The notes below the pieces were generated by a model, which was not told where the DNA came from, made no database searches, and was given only the letters and a program-made list of their open reading frames with translations. A stretch of DNA of 64,000 nucleotides, taken from assembly GCF_006345805.1 (NCBI RefSeq), contig NC_043009.1:55614001-55678000 (forward strand), read 5' to 3'. The position numbers and the translations under genes are program-made. Origin of the DNA: Octopus sinensis (lineage: Eukaryota). This document shows, piece by piece, positions 1 to 12,784 of this stretch; within the stretch, counting starts at the first letter, position 1; each line of letters opens with the position of its first letter.

Positions 1-1071
1 CATTATTATTTTTTTCGCTTTGTATTTTTTGCACCTTTTTCAGTTATGTTTTACTTGTTGGACACTATGTGTTATTTGTTTGTTTGTTTCATCTTTCCTT
101 CACAACTTTGTTATATTTGCATGATTTTCACACACAGCAAAAAAAAAAAAAAAATAAAGATTGTTGATACAAAAGAACCTTTGAAAACCACTGAAAGCTG
201 AAGTTGAACAGAAATTGGATTTTTCCTTAATGTAATTGCAAGACCTATAAATAGCACAAATAACCAGTTTACTGTTCTGCCATTTGTCTTTTATCATGTA
301 TCTTCATCCTGCTAGATTTGACCTATTCTTTATCTCATACACATAACATAACTAACGCAACAAATAAACCCATTATAAAAACTATTACATTATTTCCTCT
401 GGAGGTTACTGTGTGTTCTGTTAGATGGCGAAGCAACAGTAAAAGTGTGATGATAATGGCAAACAACCTCCAATATAACTTAATCTATATGTCCTTCATA
501 AAATAGTAAATATCAAAGTTCATGTCTCAATAACACTACGGAATAAGCTAAACTGAAATTTCTAATTAAAGAACATAATTTAGATTTTATATTAATCCTG
601 CAATTTTTCTGAATGTTAATTGCAAACATTGTCGTTTTTATAACCATTATCATCATCATTTAATCCCTATGTCCCATGCTGTCATGGGCTTGACTGCTTG
701 ACAGGACCTAATGGTCCCAAAACCTGCATTGTGCTTCAGTGTCTGCTTTGGCGTGGTTTCTATGGCCAGATGCCCTTTCTAATACCAACCACTTACATAT
801 ATTGGATGCTTTTTTCCATGCCACCAACACTATGGATACCACCACACAATCTGCATGACTACGAACCTCAAAGCAGTAACTTTATGCCAGAAGATGAGGG
901 GTGAAATATATTTTCTTTTTCTTCTTTTTTTTGTCTTATGAAATCTTTCTGAGAAAACAATGAACCATTGAGTGTTGCGTATGTTTCTTGCAACGACCAA
1001 AACAACTCTTTAAAAATTGCCTGACTTTGATGTTTTAAAATACTGAAATTATATTTTAGATTATGTTTTAC

Positions 1072-1145
1072 CTTTAGAAGAATCTTGTTCATTAGATCAT
1101 GTGGCGATGGACATGGGGCATTGTCATCATGAATGTAAAGATTAT
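1072..1145 (-). CDS. PLC exon: end of X box (NNLYIHDDNAPCPSPHDLMNKILLK)
   Basis: Donor AAG|gtaaaa; 74 nt, phase 1/0; matches LPSPE.LK.KILLK. Confidence 0.9.
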
Positions 1146-2858
1146 CTGTTTGACAGCAGTTAAAGAATTATTATCATTATGATATATAGAAAGAGAAATT
1201 AACAAACTGGATAAGCAAAAAAGTAATTAAATCAAAAGTAAGAAAAAGAATTCTAAAACTGTAATGGCCTGAGATTCTTTATTGTTGGGACACCACTAAA
1301 AGTTTCATCTTCATGTAATGATTACCGAAAAAAAAAAGGACAATGGAATGGTTTCTTCTTGTCACAATTTAGCACAATAAGCAAAAATAAGACTTATTAA
1401 TTGTATATTTTCCTGCAATTCATCAGACACCTACCATATTCTGAGCGCCTTGTTTCCCTGGGCATGGATTCACTGAAGCTCCGGCGTCTGGCGACGGACT
1501 TGGTAAACACCCACAAGGTTATCAACCACCTCACCAACAACAACACTGAACACCTTTTTGATTTCCATGTGTCTAACACACGTGGACATGCCTACAAAGT
1601 CAGAAAACAGCACAGCTCCCATGACTTTCGGAAAGATTTTTTCACGCTCAGGGTTGCTGAAGCGTGGAATAAACTGCCTGCATCAGTTGTTGACTGCCAT
1701 GACACTGCATCCTTTAAGGCCCTCATGCTTCCCGAAATCCGTCGAAACTACACCTGATTATATATACACTTTAGATGAGTTGTAGTGCACCTGAGCACTG
1801 TACACAATTATTATTATTATTTAAAAATTACACTTCATGCTGTACTGAACATCAAACTAGTTTTTTGATAGTTCAAGTAGCATATTAGTTTTTTTATGAG
1901 CAGGGGTTGCTTGCTCCTACTTTCAATGAGGACTTGTTATCTACATAGTTCCTGTTTGAAGTTAGCTGGGCTGGACCTTTCTCATAGAATCAAGAACCAG
2001 AGACAATTCTGGTACAAAGCAGTTCCAGCTGGAACTGAAATGCTCTTGTTGTAAACCTTGCAAACAAACAGAACATTGCTGGGTCATTGGGGACATTAAA
2101 AAGAGTCACTCTCTTAAGTACCAAAAAAAAAAAAAATTCACATGTAAGATTCCTAACTCTTCATAATAACTTTTTTCAATAATAGAGGTCAGGGTAACTA
2201 TGAGGGGCTGGTTATTCATTGGTGGATATTGTTTCTAATATAAGCAACAAAACCTCTATAAACAAGTATCACTCTCACCAAGATTAGAATTCCTATGCAG
2301 GACAAAAGATATAAATCTTAATATCCACATACCAGAGGTCTGGCAACAGGAAATTTAGTCCATGCAAGCTAGGCACAAATCCTGAAATTTGAGAGAAGAG
2401 GATAATTGGTTATATACACTTCAGTACTTGACTTGTACTAAGCTTTTCCCCACCAAGGTTGATAAAAAGTTTATTCTCGGTGGGATTTGAACTCAAAATA
2501 TAAAGGGCCATAACTAAATACTGCAAGGCATTTAGTCTGATTCTCAAGTGATTTTGTGAATCATTGACCAACAGATCATGTGAGGAGATTGAGGAGAAGA
2601 ATCTGGAAGAAGGAGGGGGTGGAAGAGGATGGGAAAGAGGCAGATTGTAAGATGAAGGGAGGAGAAGAAAGAAAGAGGAGAAAAGAGATGGAGAATGAAG
2701 AGAATGAAGACGGGAAGAAAGATGAACAAAAAGAAGATGAAATGAAGAAGAAGTAGAAGAATGCAATGCCATAGGACAGGAAGAAGTAAAGTAGAATAAA
2801 ATACAATACATTATAATATATTAGTTGCTTGTTGAAAACAAGTTTGGCAAAAGGATAC
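1146..2858 (-). other. U12-type GT-AG intron (1713 nt)
   Basis: 5' end GTATCCTTTT; branch-like TTCTTTAAC at 1167-1159, 13 nt before the exon; no polypyrimidine tract (tgctgtcaaacag). Confidence 0.85.
1420..1821 (+). mobile_element. 5'-truncated CR1/L2-group LINE 3' end
   Basis: ORF 1401..1757 has Y.ERL..LG..SL..RR...DL, TRGH..K and FF..RV...WN.LP motifs of CR1-group ORF2 C-termini; short 3' UTR and (att)n tail. Confidence 0.85.
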
Positions 2859-2944
2859 TTCCAAGAATGGTTTTTATTTGATGTGCCATGACTTTCTGTT
2901 GTGTGAGGGAACAGTGATTCTCAATAGACAAGATTACTGGGTAA
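2859..2944 (-). CDS. PLC exon: X box ([29 protein letters not shown])
   Basis: Acceptor ctctgtttcag|, donor GGAA|GTATCCTTT (U12); 86 nt, phase 2/1. Confidence 0.95.
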
Positions 2945-3122
2945 CTGAAACAGAGATATAACAGGATTAATTATGCCAGTAGATTAACTGATTTCACTTC
3001 ACATTATATTGGATTTACATGGATTATTAAAATACTAATGGTTGTTACTGTTGCATAACCACCAGGTTGGTTTTGATTATGCAAGTCTTTGCTCAAATGC
3101 TTGAAGGCACATTGGTCTAGAG

Positions 3123-3378
3123 CAATGTTTCTCAACCATTTTTTGGCCTATGGACCCCTTTGATTCCCATTTTACTCAGATGGACCCTTTTCACCATTTG
3201 ATGTTTAAAAAATCATATCTTTTTATAATCAAATATCATTAGGAATTGTATTTTAAAAAAATATTAAAATATTTTGTGTATTGTAGAAATAAAACCAATT
3301 TATTGCAGATAAATTTGAAACAGAGAAAATTTTATATGTACTCCCAAGGGCCATGTGGACCTTAATTGAGAACCAGTA
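3123..3378. mobile_element. hAT (Charlie-like) MITE, degraded
   Basis: Ends caatgtttctcaa / ttgagaaccagta; flanks gtctagag / gcttagag (6/8 TSD match). Confidence 0.6.
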
Positions 3379-3634
3379 GCTTAGAGATTATGGTGTTGCA
3401 CTCACAATCACAAGATCATGGTTTTGATTCCCACACTGGATGGCATGTTGTGTTTTTGCACCAGACAGTTAGTGAAATCCATTAAATATGTAATATATTT
3501 AGAAGAAATGTTGATAATTGGTACTCTGTACTGCTCATGGAATTTCTTGCTCACTTGTTCACTACTGCACACATCACATCCACAACCCACTGACACACTG
3601 ATTGGGGTTTAACACAGGATTTGTGCATGCATGC

Positions 3635-3665
<31 letters not shown>

Positions 3666-4304
3666 CATACATACACATATAGATATATATATATAGATAG
3701 ATAGATATAAATATATATATATAGAGAGAGAGATGTGTATGGAGGTGCATGGCTTAGTGGTTAAGGTGTTGGACTCATGATCATAAGATTGTGGTTTCGA
3801 TTCCTGGACAGAGTGATGTGTTGTGTTCTTGAGCAAAACACTTCATTTTATTTTCTTTCAGTCCACCCAGCTGGTAAAAATGAGTAATTTTGCAACACAC
3901 TAGTGTCCCATCCAAAGAGGAATATATATATACATGTGCCAGGGAAATCAGGGACTCATAAGGATTATGTATTAATGTGGACTAACCTTATACACACACA
4001 CACACACACAAACATGTATATGCATGTGTGTGGATGCACAATTACAAATATACTTGTGCACATAAACACACACACACACACGTTTGTGTTTAGCATTCAA
4101 TTGACTGGTAAAAACCTAAAATGAATGACCTCAGTTTCATTATTTGATTTTCCCCACCTTTTTTAATTAACATGTCTCTAATAGCAACCAAACACAGAGG
4201 TTCACATTCTTCTCTCATCCCCAAATGTTCATAACATTCTAAACAAGTGAAATTGCAAATAAAAACGTCAACTCTTGTTCAAAATAGACATTTCTATGAC
4301 TCAC

Positions 4305-4425
4305 GGAGAAGTTTTGAAGGAATATTCTTTAATGGCAATTAGAACTTTATCCAGTTGAATCTTCGAGGTAAGTGTATGTCCATGATAAATAACTGGTTCA
4401 TCATCATTTCCATCCCAACAATCCA
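4305..4425 (-). CDS. PLC exon: X box ([40 protein letters not shown])
   Basis: Acceptor aacccatgcag|, donor CTCC|gtgagt; 121 nt, phase 1/2; seen in ORF 4301..4483. Confidence 0.96.
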
Positions 4426-5200
4426 CTGCATGGGTTAAAAAAATTAAATAAAAACAATAAATAAAATTAAAAAAACAAGACATAAAAATGGTAAGATATG
4501 GTAATATGATTATCGCTAAACATTACAGGATTTTAACATATAATTCACACACACACACAAGTTAGTAGTTCACATAACTGAAAAGATGCACACTCTAAAA
4601 CATTAGAGCAGTAATATTTAGAAGTTGTCTGTTATGGTTGATCAGAGAGTAACCATCAGTTTCACACCTATAAAGCACTTAGCTGTATAGGTGACTCATG
4701 AGACTTGTTGGCTGGAGATACATAACCTCTCTACAACTGGGGGGAGGAATTCTTCCCTCCACTTATGTATTTCTGGCCAATCAAATGTTTTATAGGTGCA
4801 AAACCAATTGTCACTCTCTGATCAGCCATAACAAACAGCCTCTATCTATATCTATCTGTCTGTGTGTGTGTCAGTGCACTACCCCACTCTAAGAATTGAA
4901 CACACAACCTTATGAGAATAAGCTGAACATTCTAACCATCAGGCCATGCATCTTCATACCAAGATGGAATTTATCATTTACTTGTTTCAGTCACAGGACT
5001 GTGGCCATGCTGGGGCATTGCCTTGAAGTCCTTAATCTAACAAATCAGCCCCAGGACTTATTTTAAAATCTGATTGTTAGGTGTCTTTTGTCTTTTGTCG
5101 AAGAACTAAGTTATGGAGATATAAACAAACCAACACTGGTTGTCAACTGGTGGTGGTGATGGGATTAAAAAAATCCAAGACATACACACACACATTATAA

Positions 5201-5231
<31 letters not shown>

Positions 5232-5233
5232 CA

Positions 5234-5433
5234 TAGTTAATCCAAACATGAACAAAAAGAAAACACAACAACTCGAGGGCATGGAACAAGTATAGTGTTA
5301 TTGGACGCTCAGGAAAGGAAAGAAGGAGGATTTAACGTTTCGAGTGGAGCTCTTCATCAGAAACATAGAAAAAGGAAAGGTCCAAGGAAGGGAATTCAGA
5401 GAAAGAAAATCGCTAACGATACACATGCGGTCA
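5234..5433 (-). mobile_element. Penelope-like terminal-repeat fragment inserted into the (TA/CA) tract of a SINE
   Basis: Interrupts a SINE whose parts lie at about 4978-5230 and 5455-5630; carries a hammerhead motif; family assignment inferred from that motif. Confidence 0.55.
5330..5364 (-). ncRNA. Minimal type I hammerhead ribozyme motif
   Basis: gttt-CTGATGA-a-GAG-ctcca-CTC-GAAAC-GTT-aaat: intact core, 3-bp stem II, palindromic AACGTT stem III, short stem I. Confidence 0.65.
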
Positions 5434-5670
5434 CACACACACCCATATATATGACAGTCTTTCACACAGCTTTTGTTTACCAAATTCACCCACATGACCC
5501 TTATTGGCCTGGGGTTTATGATACAAGACACTTCCCTGAGGTAGCAGCATACAATATGACTGAACCCAAAACCACATGACTGCAAAGTGAGCAAGCATCT
5601 TAACCATATAACTATGTCTACACCCAGCAAAAGGCTGAAAAATAAATAAATAGAGAAAAGGTGAACTTAC

Positions 5671-5756
5671 ACTCAACACAGCGGCAACCTTTTTGTAAAG
5701 CTCTGATATAGGCCTCCACACTGCTTGGGCCATGGAGTTGATCTTCAAGCAAATAA
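5671..5756 (-). CDS. PLC exon: X box ([29 protein letters not shown])
   Basis: Acceptor ctatttttccag|, donor GAGT|gtaagt; 86 nt, phase 2/1. Confidence 0.95.
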
Positions 5757-8650
5757 CTGGAAAAATAGAATTATATATCATCATCATCGTTTAACGTCTG
5801 CTTTCCATGCTAGCATGGGTTATATATACTGAATAACAGGTGAAGGAATAAACAAATCAATAATTTTTATTGAGAGCTAGATGATTTAGTTGGCAGAATT
5901 GTTAGCATACCAGGTAAAATAGTGACATTTCATCTGTCTTTATGATAGGAGTTCAAATTCTGCCATGGCTGACTTTGCCTTTAGGAGATAATAAAATAAG
6001 TACCTGTTGAACATCAAGAAAACCCATCACCAAAGACATTCCAGTTGACACCAATCAGTCCTATTGTATATCTAGGGTTATATTTTCCACTGTAACCTTC
6101 TTTCTTTTTAAGACATTGATGTGTAATTTGAAGGAAATTTGGTCGAGGTTTCTAGCTGGTTGAATGGCTATGTAGTGGTGTTCTCATTGGTTGATCAAAG
6201 TATAGTAAGAAATGGTAACAGAAATAACTTAAAATCTGATTTTTCTTTTATTTCTTCTTTTGCTGTTTTTTCCAGCATACAAGATGAATGTTTCAGTCTA
6301 AAATTTACAACTGCAAAAGGTAGGTCAACTCATGCACCAAGATGACTATGGAAGCTCAAAAATTCCATGTGAAATGCAGAAGAATTTGGAACAATAGTAA
6401 TGATGTTTGAATGCTTACATTACATGTTTACATTATATACTTACTTGATTCAGTCATTATACCGTGGCCATGTCCCACATTGAAGAATTTTTAATCAAGT
6501 GAATCACACCCAGTACTTATTTATTTCAAGCCTGGTACTTATTCCATTGGCCTCTTTTGCCAAACTGCTAAGTTACAGCGATGTAGACACACCGACACCT
6601 GTTGTCAAGCAGTGGTGGCGGACAAACACAGACACAAAGACAAACACATGCATGCACACCACACACGTTTAGGATTTGTTTTTTATTTGGTCTCCATTTA
6701 CCAAATCCACTCACAAGGATTTGGTCAGCTCAAGGCTATAGTAAAAAACATTTGTCAAAGGTACCATGTAGTGAGACTGAACTCAGAACCATATGGTTGG
6801 GAAGCAAGCATCTTACCACATAACCACACCTGCACCTATGCTGACTTGTATGCCAGAAAATATGGTACTTCTTTTAGTCACTGAACTGCAGACATGCTCA
6901 GGCACCAATTTGAAGATTTGTATAACAGTTCAACTGAACTTTTATACAAAACATACTGGTCAGTGTTAATTCATGTAAAAACTTATAGTTTTTCTAGTCA
7001 GTCCAAGATTTGCAAACAGTTAAACTACTCTGTACTGATAAAGGCTAATAAGACTGAAACACCATATTATCAAAAATCGGATTCATTCCCCTCTATACTT
7101 TAATTATTTAATAAATTAATTTAAATTTCAAGGTTGTTACCTTTGCCTTTCATTACTGGACTTAATTAATCAATTAGGTTACTTTTGTTTTTCATCATTG
7201 AAAGTGTAAATTTAATTAAAATTTCCTAGTTTATTACACCAAGTATGTTAGTAACAAACTTTTTTTTTTTTTGCTTAATCAGAAGCAGGGGTAATGTTTC
7301 TGATCTTCCTCAGGGATGTGAGACTGACTGGATAGTTATTCTCAAACAGGAGGTCTAGCCCAAATGCTGAAGCCACACCCCCACCACCACTATCACCACG
7401 AGGGCCAGTTGATGGTGTGAAGCCAGTCAAAGGATTGTGTCTCTTATCCATGTAGGCCACAGCAAGATTTGAACCCTAAATGCAAACAAATGGAACTAAT
7501 GCTGACGTTCTAATGATTCCACCAATCCACTGCCCTTGACTGGTACTTTATTTATTAACCCTGGCAGGATGAAAGGCAAGGTTGACTGAATGCAGGAATT
7601 GAACTCAAGATGCAGAGCTGGAATAACTATTACAAAGTGAGAGAGGCGAAAGGAGAGAAAGGATAACGGGAGGTAGGAGAGTAGGAGGGGAGGAGAGGGA
7701 AGAGGGAGAAGGAAGGAATATGGAGATGGGGAGGGGAGAAGGAAGAAGAGGGGAGGAGGCAGAGGAGGTTAATTATTTACTGATTTCAAATTCTGTCATG
7801 GATTTAGCTTTGTGAGAGAATAAAACCAGCCATAAAGACAGTTTGCAAATAGTTACGGGACTTTCTCTCCATACACACCTCTTTGCTATAATGAGATGGT
7901 TAAGTCTGAAGATGAGGAAATAGAAATTATAGTTTAATTGAGTAAATATTTAATGAAGTATTTGAATAGGTTGAACTGTACAATTTGATATCAACAACAA
8001 AATGGACATTATCACCCTGTAATTACACTGTAATTGTCCTCTCCATACTTGTTCTAATAAAAGAATTGTTGTGTCACAACTGTCTGTTAGTGTAAAATGA
8101 CAAAGCAAGTTTTAAACACTCCAATTTCCTCGGCAATGACATGTAATACAATTAAAAAAAGAAATCAAACAAAAACAATGTTGTTGTTATTATTTTTACC
8201 GTTTAGCACTGGGTCAGCTCTGACTGAGAACTATTATCAAAGATATTTCCTTCAACACGTGTAGTGTTTCTATGATAGAAAGAGCATAGTGTATGTGTGG
8301 AGAAAGTCCCATAACCAGTTTAAAACCGTCTATGTAGGTAAGGAGCAAGTTAGCCTGCCATGTATCATCTCTCAAAGGGATATCTATGAGAGATCAACAC
8401 TGAACCATTAGTTTCCAGCTCTCCATCATTTTCAACATTTTAAATCATGATGTATAAATAAACCAGGTCTGCTGTACAACATATCACTTCATGTCTTGGC
8501 ATTATCCCACATCCATTCAGTACTAGACATTAGAGGGGAATCCTTAGACCTTTTGACTTGCAATAAGATTAGGTAACTCTATACAATGTTTTCTACTAGA
8601 GCCCTGGGCCAACCAAAGCCTTGTAAGTAGATTAGGTAGACAGAAACAGT

Positions 8651-8884
8651 AAGGCGGTGAACTGGCAGAAACGTTAGCATGCCAGGTGAAATGCTTAGCG
8701 GTATTTCACCTGCTGCTATATTATGAGTTCAAATTCCGCTGAGGTCAACTTTGCCTTTCATCCTTTCGGAGTCAATTAAATAAGTACCAGTTACGCCCTG
8801 GGGGTCGATATAATCGACTTAATCTGTTTGTCTGTCCTTGTTTGTCCCCTCTGTGTGTAGCCCCTTGTGGGCAGTAAAGAAATA
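8651..8884 (+). mobile_element. tRNA-type SINE (family B) nested in a family A SINE
   Basis: ggcggtgaactggcagaaacgttagc...gagttcaaattcc...gcctttcatcctttcgg...aagtaccag; flanked by agaaac duplication (8642-8647, 8885-8890). Confidence 0.85.
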
Positions 8885-9333
8885 AGAAACTGAAAGAAGC
8901 CCATCATAAATGAGTGTGTGTGTGTGTGTTAGTGTCTTCATGTTTTGATACCATGTAATAGTTGCAAACATGAGTCATAGTCATACAGTGTCCTTTATTT
9001 CTAATCTTTCATATAAACACATCTGGCCATGGAGAACTATTACCTTGCTTAGGAACAAGTGAGGGTTGGCAACAAGAAAGATATTCCGTTGAAGAAAATC
9101 TGTCTCAACAAATTCGATCTGACCCCAGCTAGTAAGGAAAAGTAGACACTAAAAAAAATGATCATGACGATGGGAGAACCACATAAATCTTACAACAGTC
9201 TGTGATGACTTTCAAGGTCCATGAACACTGCCCCCCCTCCATTTGCAAGGCTCACAGACTATCCTTCTTTCCACTCTTCTCACTCTCTATTTAGCACAAA
9301 AATAGAGTTAAACTGTAGTTTTTCAAAACTTAC

Positions 9334-9451
9334 GTATTGTGGGAGGAGTTTATGAAATAATTAATCATTGGTTGCTTCATATCCTGATAAACCTGTAAAC
9401 ATGCAGGGTTAAATATGGACTGTTCTGGAGAGGCAAGAAACAACTGGAAGC
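9334..9451 (-). CDS. PLC exon: start of X box ([39 protein letters not shown])
   Basis: Acceptor ttttgttttacag|, donor AATAC|gtaagt; 118 nt, phase 1/2; QDM.QP..YFI.SSHN. Confidence 0.95.
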
Positions 9452-9531
9452 CTGTAAAACAAAATGAATAAATAAAAATTTATGAAACAAAACTAATTTA
9501 TTAGAAAATTGTATTTATTGACATTGTTTAA

Positions 9532-9746
9532 CCCTTTAGCATTCACAATATTTTGTCAAAATGCTTGTTTATTTACATTGTTTTAAATTAATCTTGCATT
9601 GTCTTGCAGCTTTGAAAGTTCGATGAGCTTACTTAATTTTTAGAATGATAATGAGGGTTGGTGTGAGAGGCTAGATCTGACCAGTTTGAACATAAAAAAA
9701 CGGAAGAATATTTTGGCTGGATATGGCCAGTTTAAATGCCAAAGGG
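9532..9746. mobile_element. piggyBac-type MITE
   Basis: TTAA|CCCTTTAGCATT ... AATGCCAAAGGG|TTAA: TIRs plus TTAA TSD. Confidence 0.8.
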
Positions 9747-10171
9747 TTAAGCAAAAATACACTGCCTTTATTTTTATTAATTTTGAAGATAATGAAGAAT
9801 TTACTAAAATAACTCGTTATTGAGCTGTGTTTGAAACATAAATTAACATGAATATTTGATGGCAGGTTTTAATTGAGATCATTTTAAAACAGGAAGTTTA
9901 AATAATAGATCCAGGGTTAGTCTGAGGAAAACTGGGATAAAGAGTGACCTTAACATAAGGTCAACTCTGATTGAGCAGATCTTTATATGATCAATGATAT
10001 TCCAGTCTTCAATGTTGGAAATCTTTCCTCATAAAGAAATCCCCTGCCTTAATATTTCAAGTCTCTGCTTTAAATATTCAAATCTCACATTTCTTGTAAC
10101 ATATTTACTTACCTTATTGTATATAGTGCTTAGGTGTACAACAACAACTTCACCTTAGGCTATTCTCTTTC

Positions 10172-10578
10172 TCTTTTACTTGTTTCAGTCATTTGACTGC
10201 GGCCATGCTGGAGCACTGCCTTTAATTGAGCAACTCGACCCCAGGACTTATTCTTTGTAAGCCCAGTACTTATTCTATCGGTCTCTTTTGCTGAACCGCT
10301 AAGTGATGGGGACATAAACACACCAGCATCGGTTGTCAAGCAATGCTAAGGGGACAAACACAGACACACAAACATACACGCACACACACACACATATATA
10401 TATATACATATATACGATGGGCTTCTTTCAGTTTCCGTCTACCAAATCCACTCACAAGGCTTTGGTTGGCCCGAGGCTATAGAAGAAGACACTTACCCAA
10501 GGTGCCACACAGTGGGACTGAACCCAGAACCATGTGGTTGGTAAACAAGCTACTTACCACACAGCCACTCCTGCGCCT
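10172..10578 (-). mobile_element. tRNA-derived SINE (family A), full length
   Basis: Minus strand aggcgcaggagtggctgtgtgg (A box), gggttcagtccc (B box), ggcaccttgggtaagtg, internal (TA/CA)n, tail actgaaacaagtaaaaga. Confidence 0.9.
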
Positions 10579-12690
10579 ATTATAGAAGAAATTTGCCCAA
10601 GGTGCTGCAAAGTGAGATTGAACCCCAAACCACATAGCTGAGGAGTGAAATTCTTCACCTCACAACCATGCTTGCACCTATACATACAAAACTAGCACAT
10701 AATCTATACTTACATACAATTTATGCAAGTACAAACACATACATCAATAAAATAAAAAAAATTATGAATGCATATATGCAAATAGATATATGCATGCTTG
10801 TGAATGTGCCTGTTAGTATGTATAAATTTATGTGCTGAAAAGTTCCTTGCTTTAAGGGTATTGTGAAAGGGCTGGTTGGAGGTCCAACCTTCTGAGTTCT
10901 TTTACAGGGCTTAGAAAAACAAAGGACAGCTGCAATAAGTGTGTGAATATACTATTACCTGAGACTATAGTAGAAGACACTTGCCCAAGGCATGCCATCC
11001 TCACTATTGGTGCACCCTCTGACTTACAGTGACACACTTATTTCAAAACTCCACTTTAGCATTATTAGTGCCCACCCAGAATATTCTGAAGCATCCCCAA
11101 ACACCAAAGTCTACTGATCCTCCTGTATTTTCTTTGACCCCAAAGCCAGTAACTTTCAGTACACCCTCAAATGAATATAACTGCACATATGTACTCACAT
11201 GCATGATATCACAGCAAATACAGCTTTGACAGACATTCAACTTTCAAACAATAACAACAACAGAAATAAATAACAATATAAGACAAAGAAAACAAACAAA
11301 AAAGCGATAGTAAGAAGATTGGGGAGATGGGGATAAGACGAATGAAGAGCTAGTGTGTCATAACATGTGCTGGATGTCGCTGTATGTGTCAAGATAAAAT
11401 GACAGAAGATCTGTTGGTCCAAGTCACGACAAACTTGGTTCATGTAGGTGAATGGTACTTAGTTATCTCTATTATCAAAAACAAAAGTGAAAGGTCAAGT
11501 TATTGTTATTGTTGTAATTGTTGAATTCCAGGTACATCTAGACATTATTTAAAAACATTTCCTAGACCCCCTAAGGACTCATAAGTTTGGATATCAGTTT
11601 TCATGGTGTATAAATGACTGAGATCACAGCATTTTCAGAACAGAAGGGTGGTCTGTTGCAGGATTCTTGATTTAGTAGCAACCATCAATCAAAGCTATTT
11701 CCAGCATTTTTCAAGGTACAGGTCATCCAGGACAATATTTTTTAATGTCATTTTTTCTTTTCTTTTTCTTTTTTTGTTTGAAGACAGGTGCAGGCATAGC
11801 TGTGTGGTAAGAAGCTTGCAATTTTGCAACCATGTGGTTGCCAAGCAACTTCTAAACCACACAACCATGCTGGCTAAGAATTTAAAAAAAAATGATTTTA
11901 TGGCTTAGTCAGGAGAGAAAATACAACAGCCAAGCTCTTTTTCATGGGCCCCATAACTTAACCAATTTTCCTCAGACAGGAGACCTGGTACAAATGCTTG
12001 CAGCAGAAAGAACTCCACTAAAGGCACCCAAGGATCAGAAGATAGTGGTGTTAAACAGGAGAATGAATCAAGTCTATCACTCAAGAACAAGACACTCCTT
12101 TGATGGGTTTCTGTATAGTTTCCATCAACTAAATTTTACTCAAAAGATCTTGGTTGACCAGGGATTACAACAGAGGACATCTGCCCAAGATGCTGTACAG
12201 CAGAAAAGAACTCAAAACCAGATAATTGTGCAGTAAACTTATTCACCACATGACCACACCTGCAAGCACTGAACTGGAACGGTATTGATATCTCATCCAT
12301 CCATTTAACCCTTTAGCATTCAAATTGTTCAGTCAAATGTAATGATTATTTACTCTTTACTCTTTTTACTCTTTTACTTGTTTCAGTCATGTGACTGTGG
12401 CCATGCTGGAGCACCACCTTTAATCAAGTAAATCGACCCCAGGACTTATTCTTTGTAAGCCTAGTACTTATTCTTGTTAGAAATAGCAACTAAATCTCAT
12501 TCATGTCACATCAACCATCTAAAATATAAAGGACACATAAGATAGGTTTATTTGTACCGTGCACCTTATAAAGAGTAAGTTTCAATGGACTTGCAAATTA
12601 GATAGACAAAATTATTTCAAATTCAAAGTTTCATTTTTCTTGCAAGCTAGTGTGATTTAACATGATGGATCAAAAGATTAGAATACTTAC

Positions 12691-12784
12691 CTAGTAAGCT
12701 TAGTCTTATTTGCTGTTTAAAGCAAGGATCTGGTTCAAACTTTTTAATCCATTCTTTACACATATCTTCAGTGACAGTTTTCTC
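12691..12784 (-). CDS. PLC exon (EKTVTEDMCKEWIKKFEPDPCFKQQIRLSLL)
   Basis: Acceptor ctttcattacag|, donor CTAG|gtaagt; 94 nt, phase 0/1; I..FEP motif. Confidence 0.9.

Noticed and set aside
100-506. ORFs 100..297 and 318..506 as the next PLC exon
   Set aside because: No phase-0 acceptor giving a GKK-type linker or Y-box motif; the next exon is probably left of the window.
6270-6325. Plus-strand exon-like stretch ttttccag|CATACAAG...AAAG|gtaggt
   Set aside because: Isolated, about 44 nt, with no partner exons or recognisable peptide; expected by chance.
10343-10585. Recurrent ORFs such as MLGGQTQT.../RLPNPLTRLW... (also 14349, 41985, 43673, 48376, 63360)
   Set aside because: Translations of SINE family A, not proteins.
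11237-11443. ORF QVCRDLDQQIFCHFI, resembling the QDM.QP..YFI motif
   Set aside because: The real exon is 9334-9451; this lacks SSHN and has no splice sites that fit the gene.
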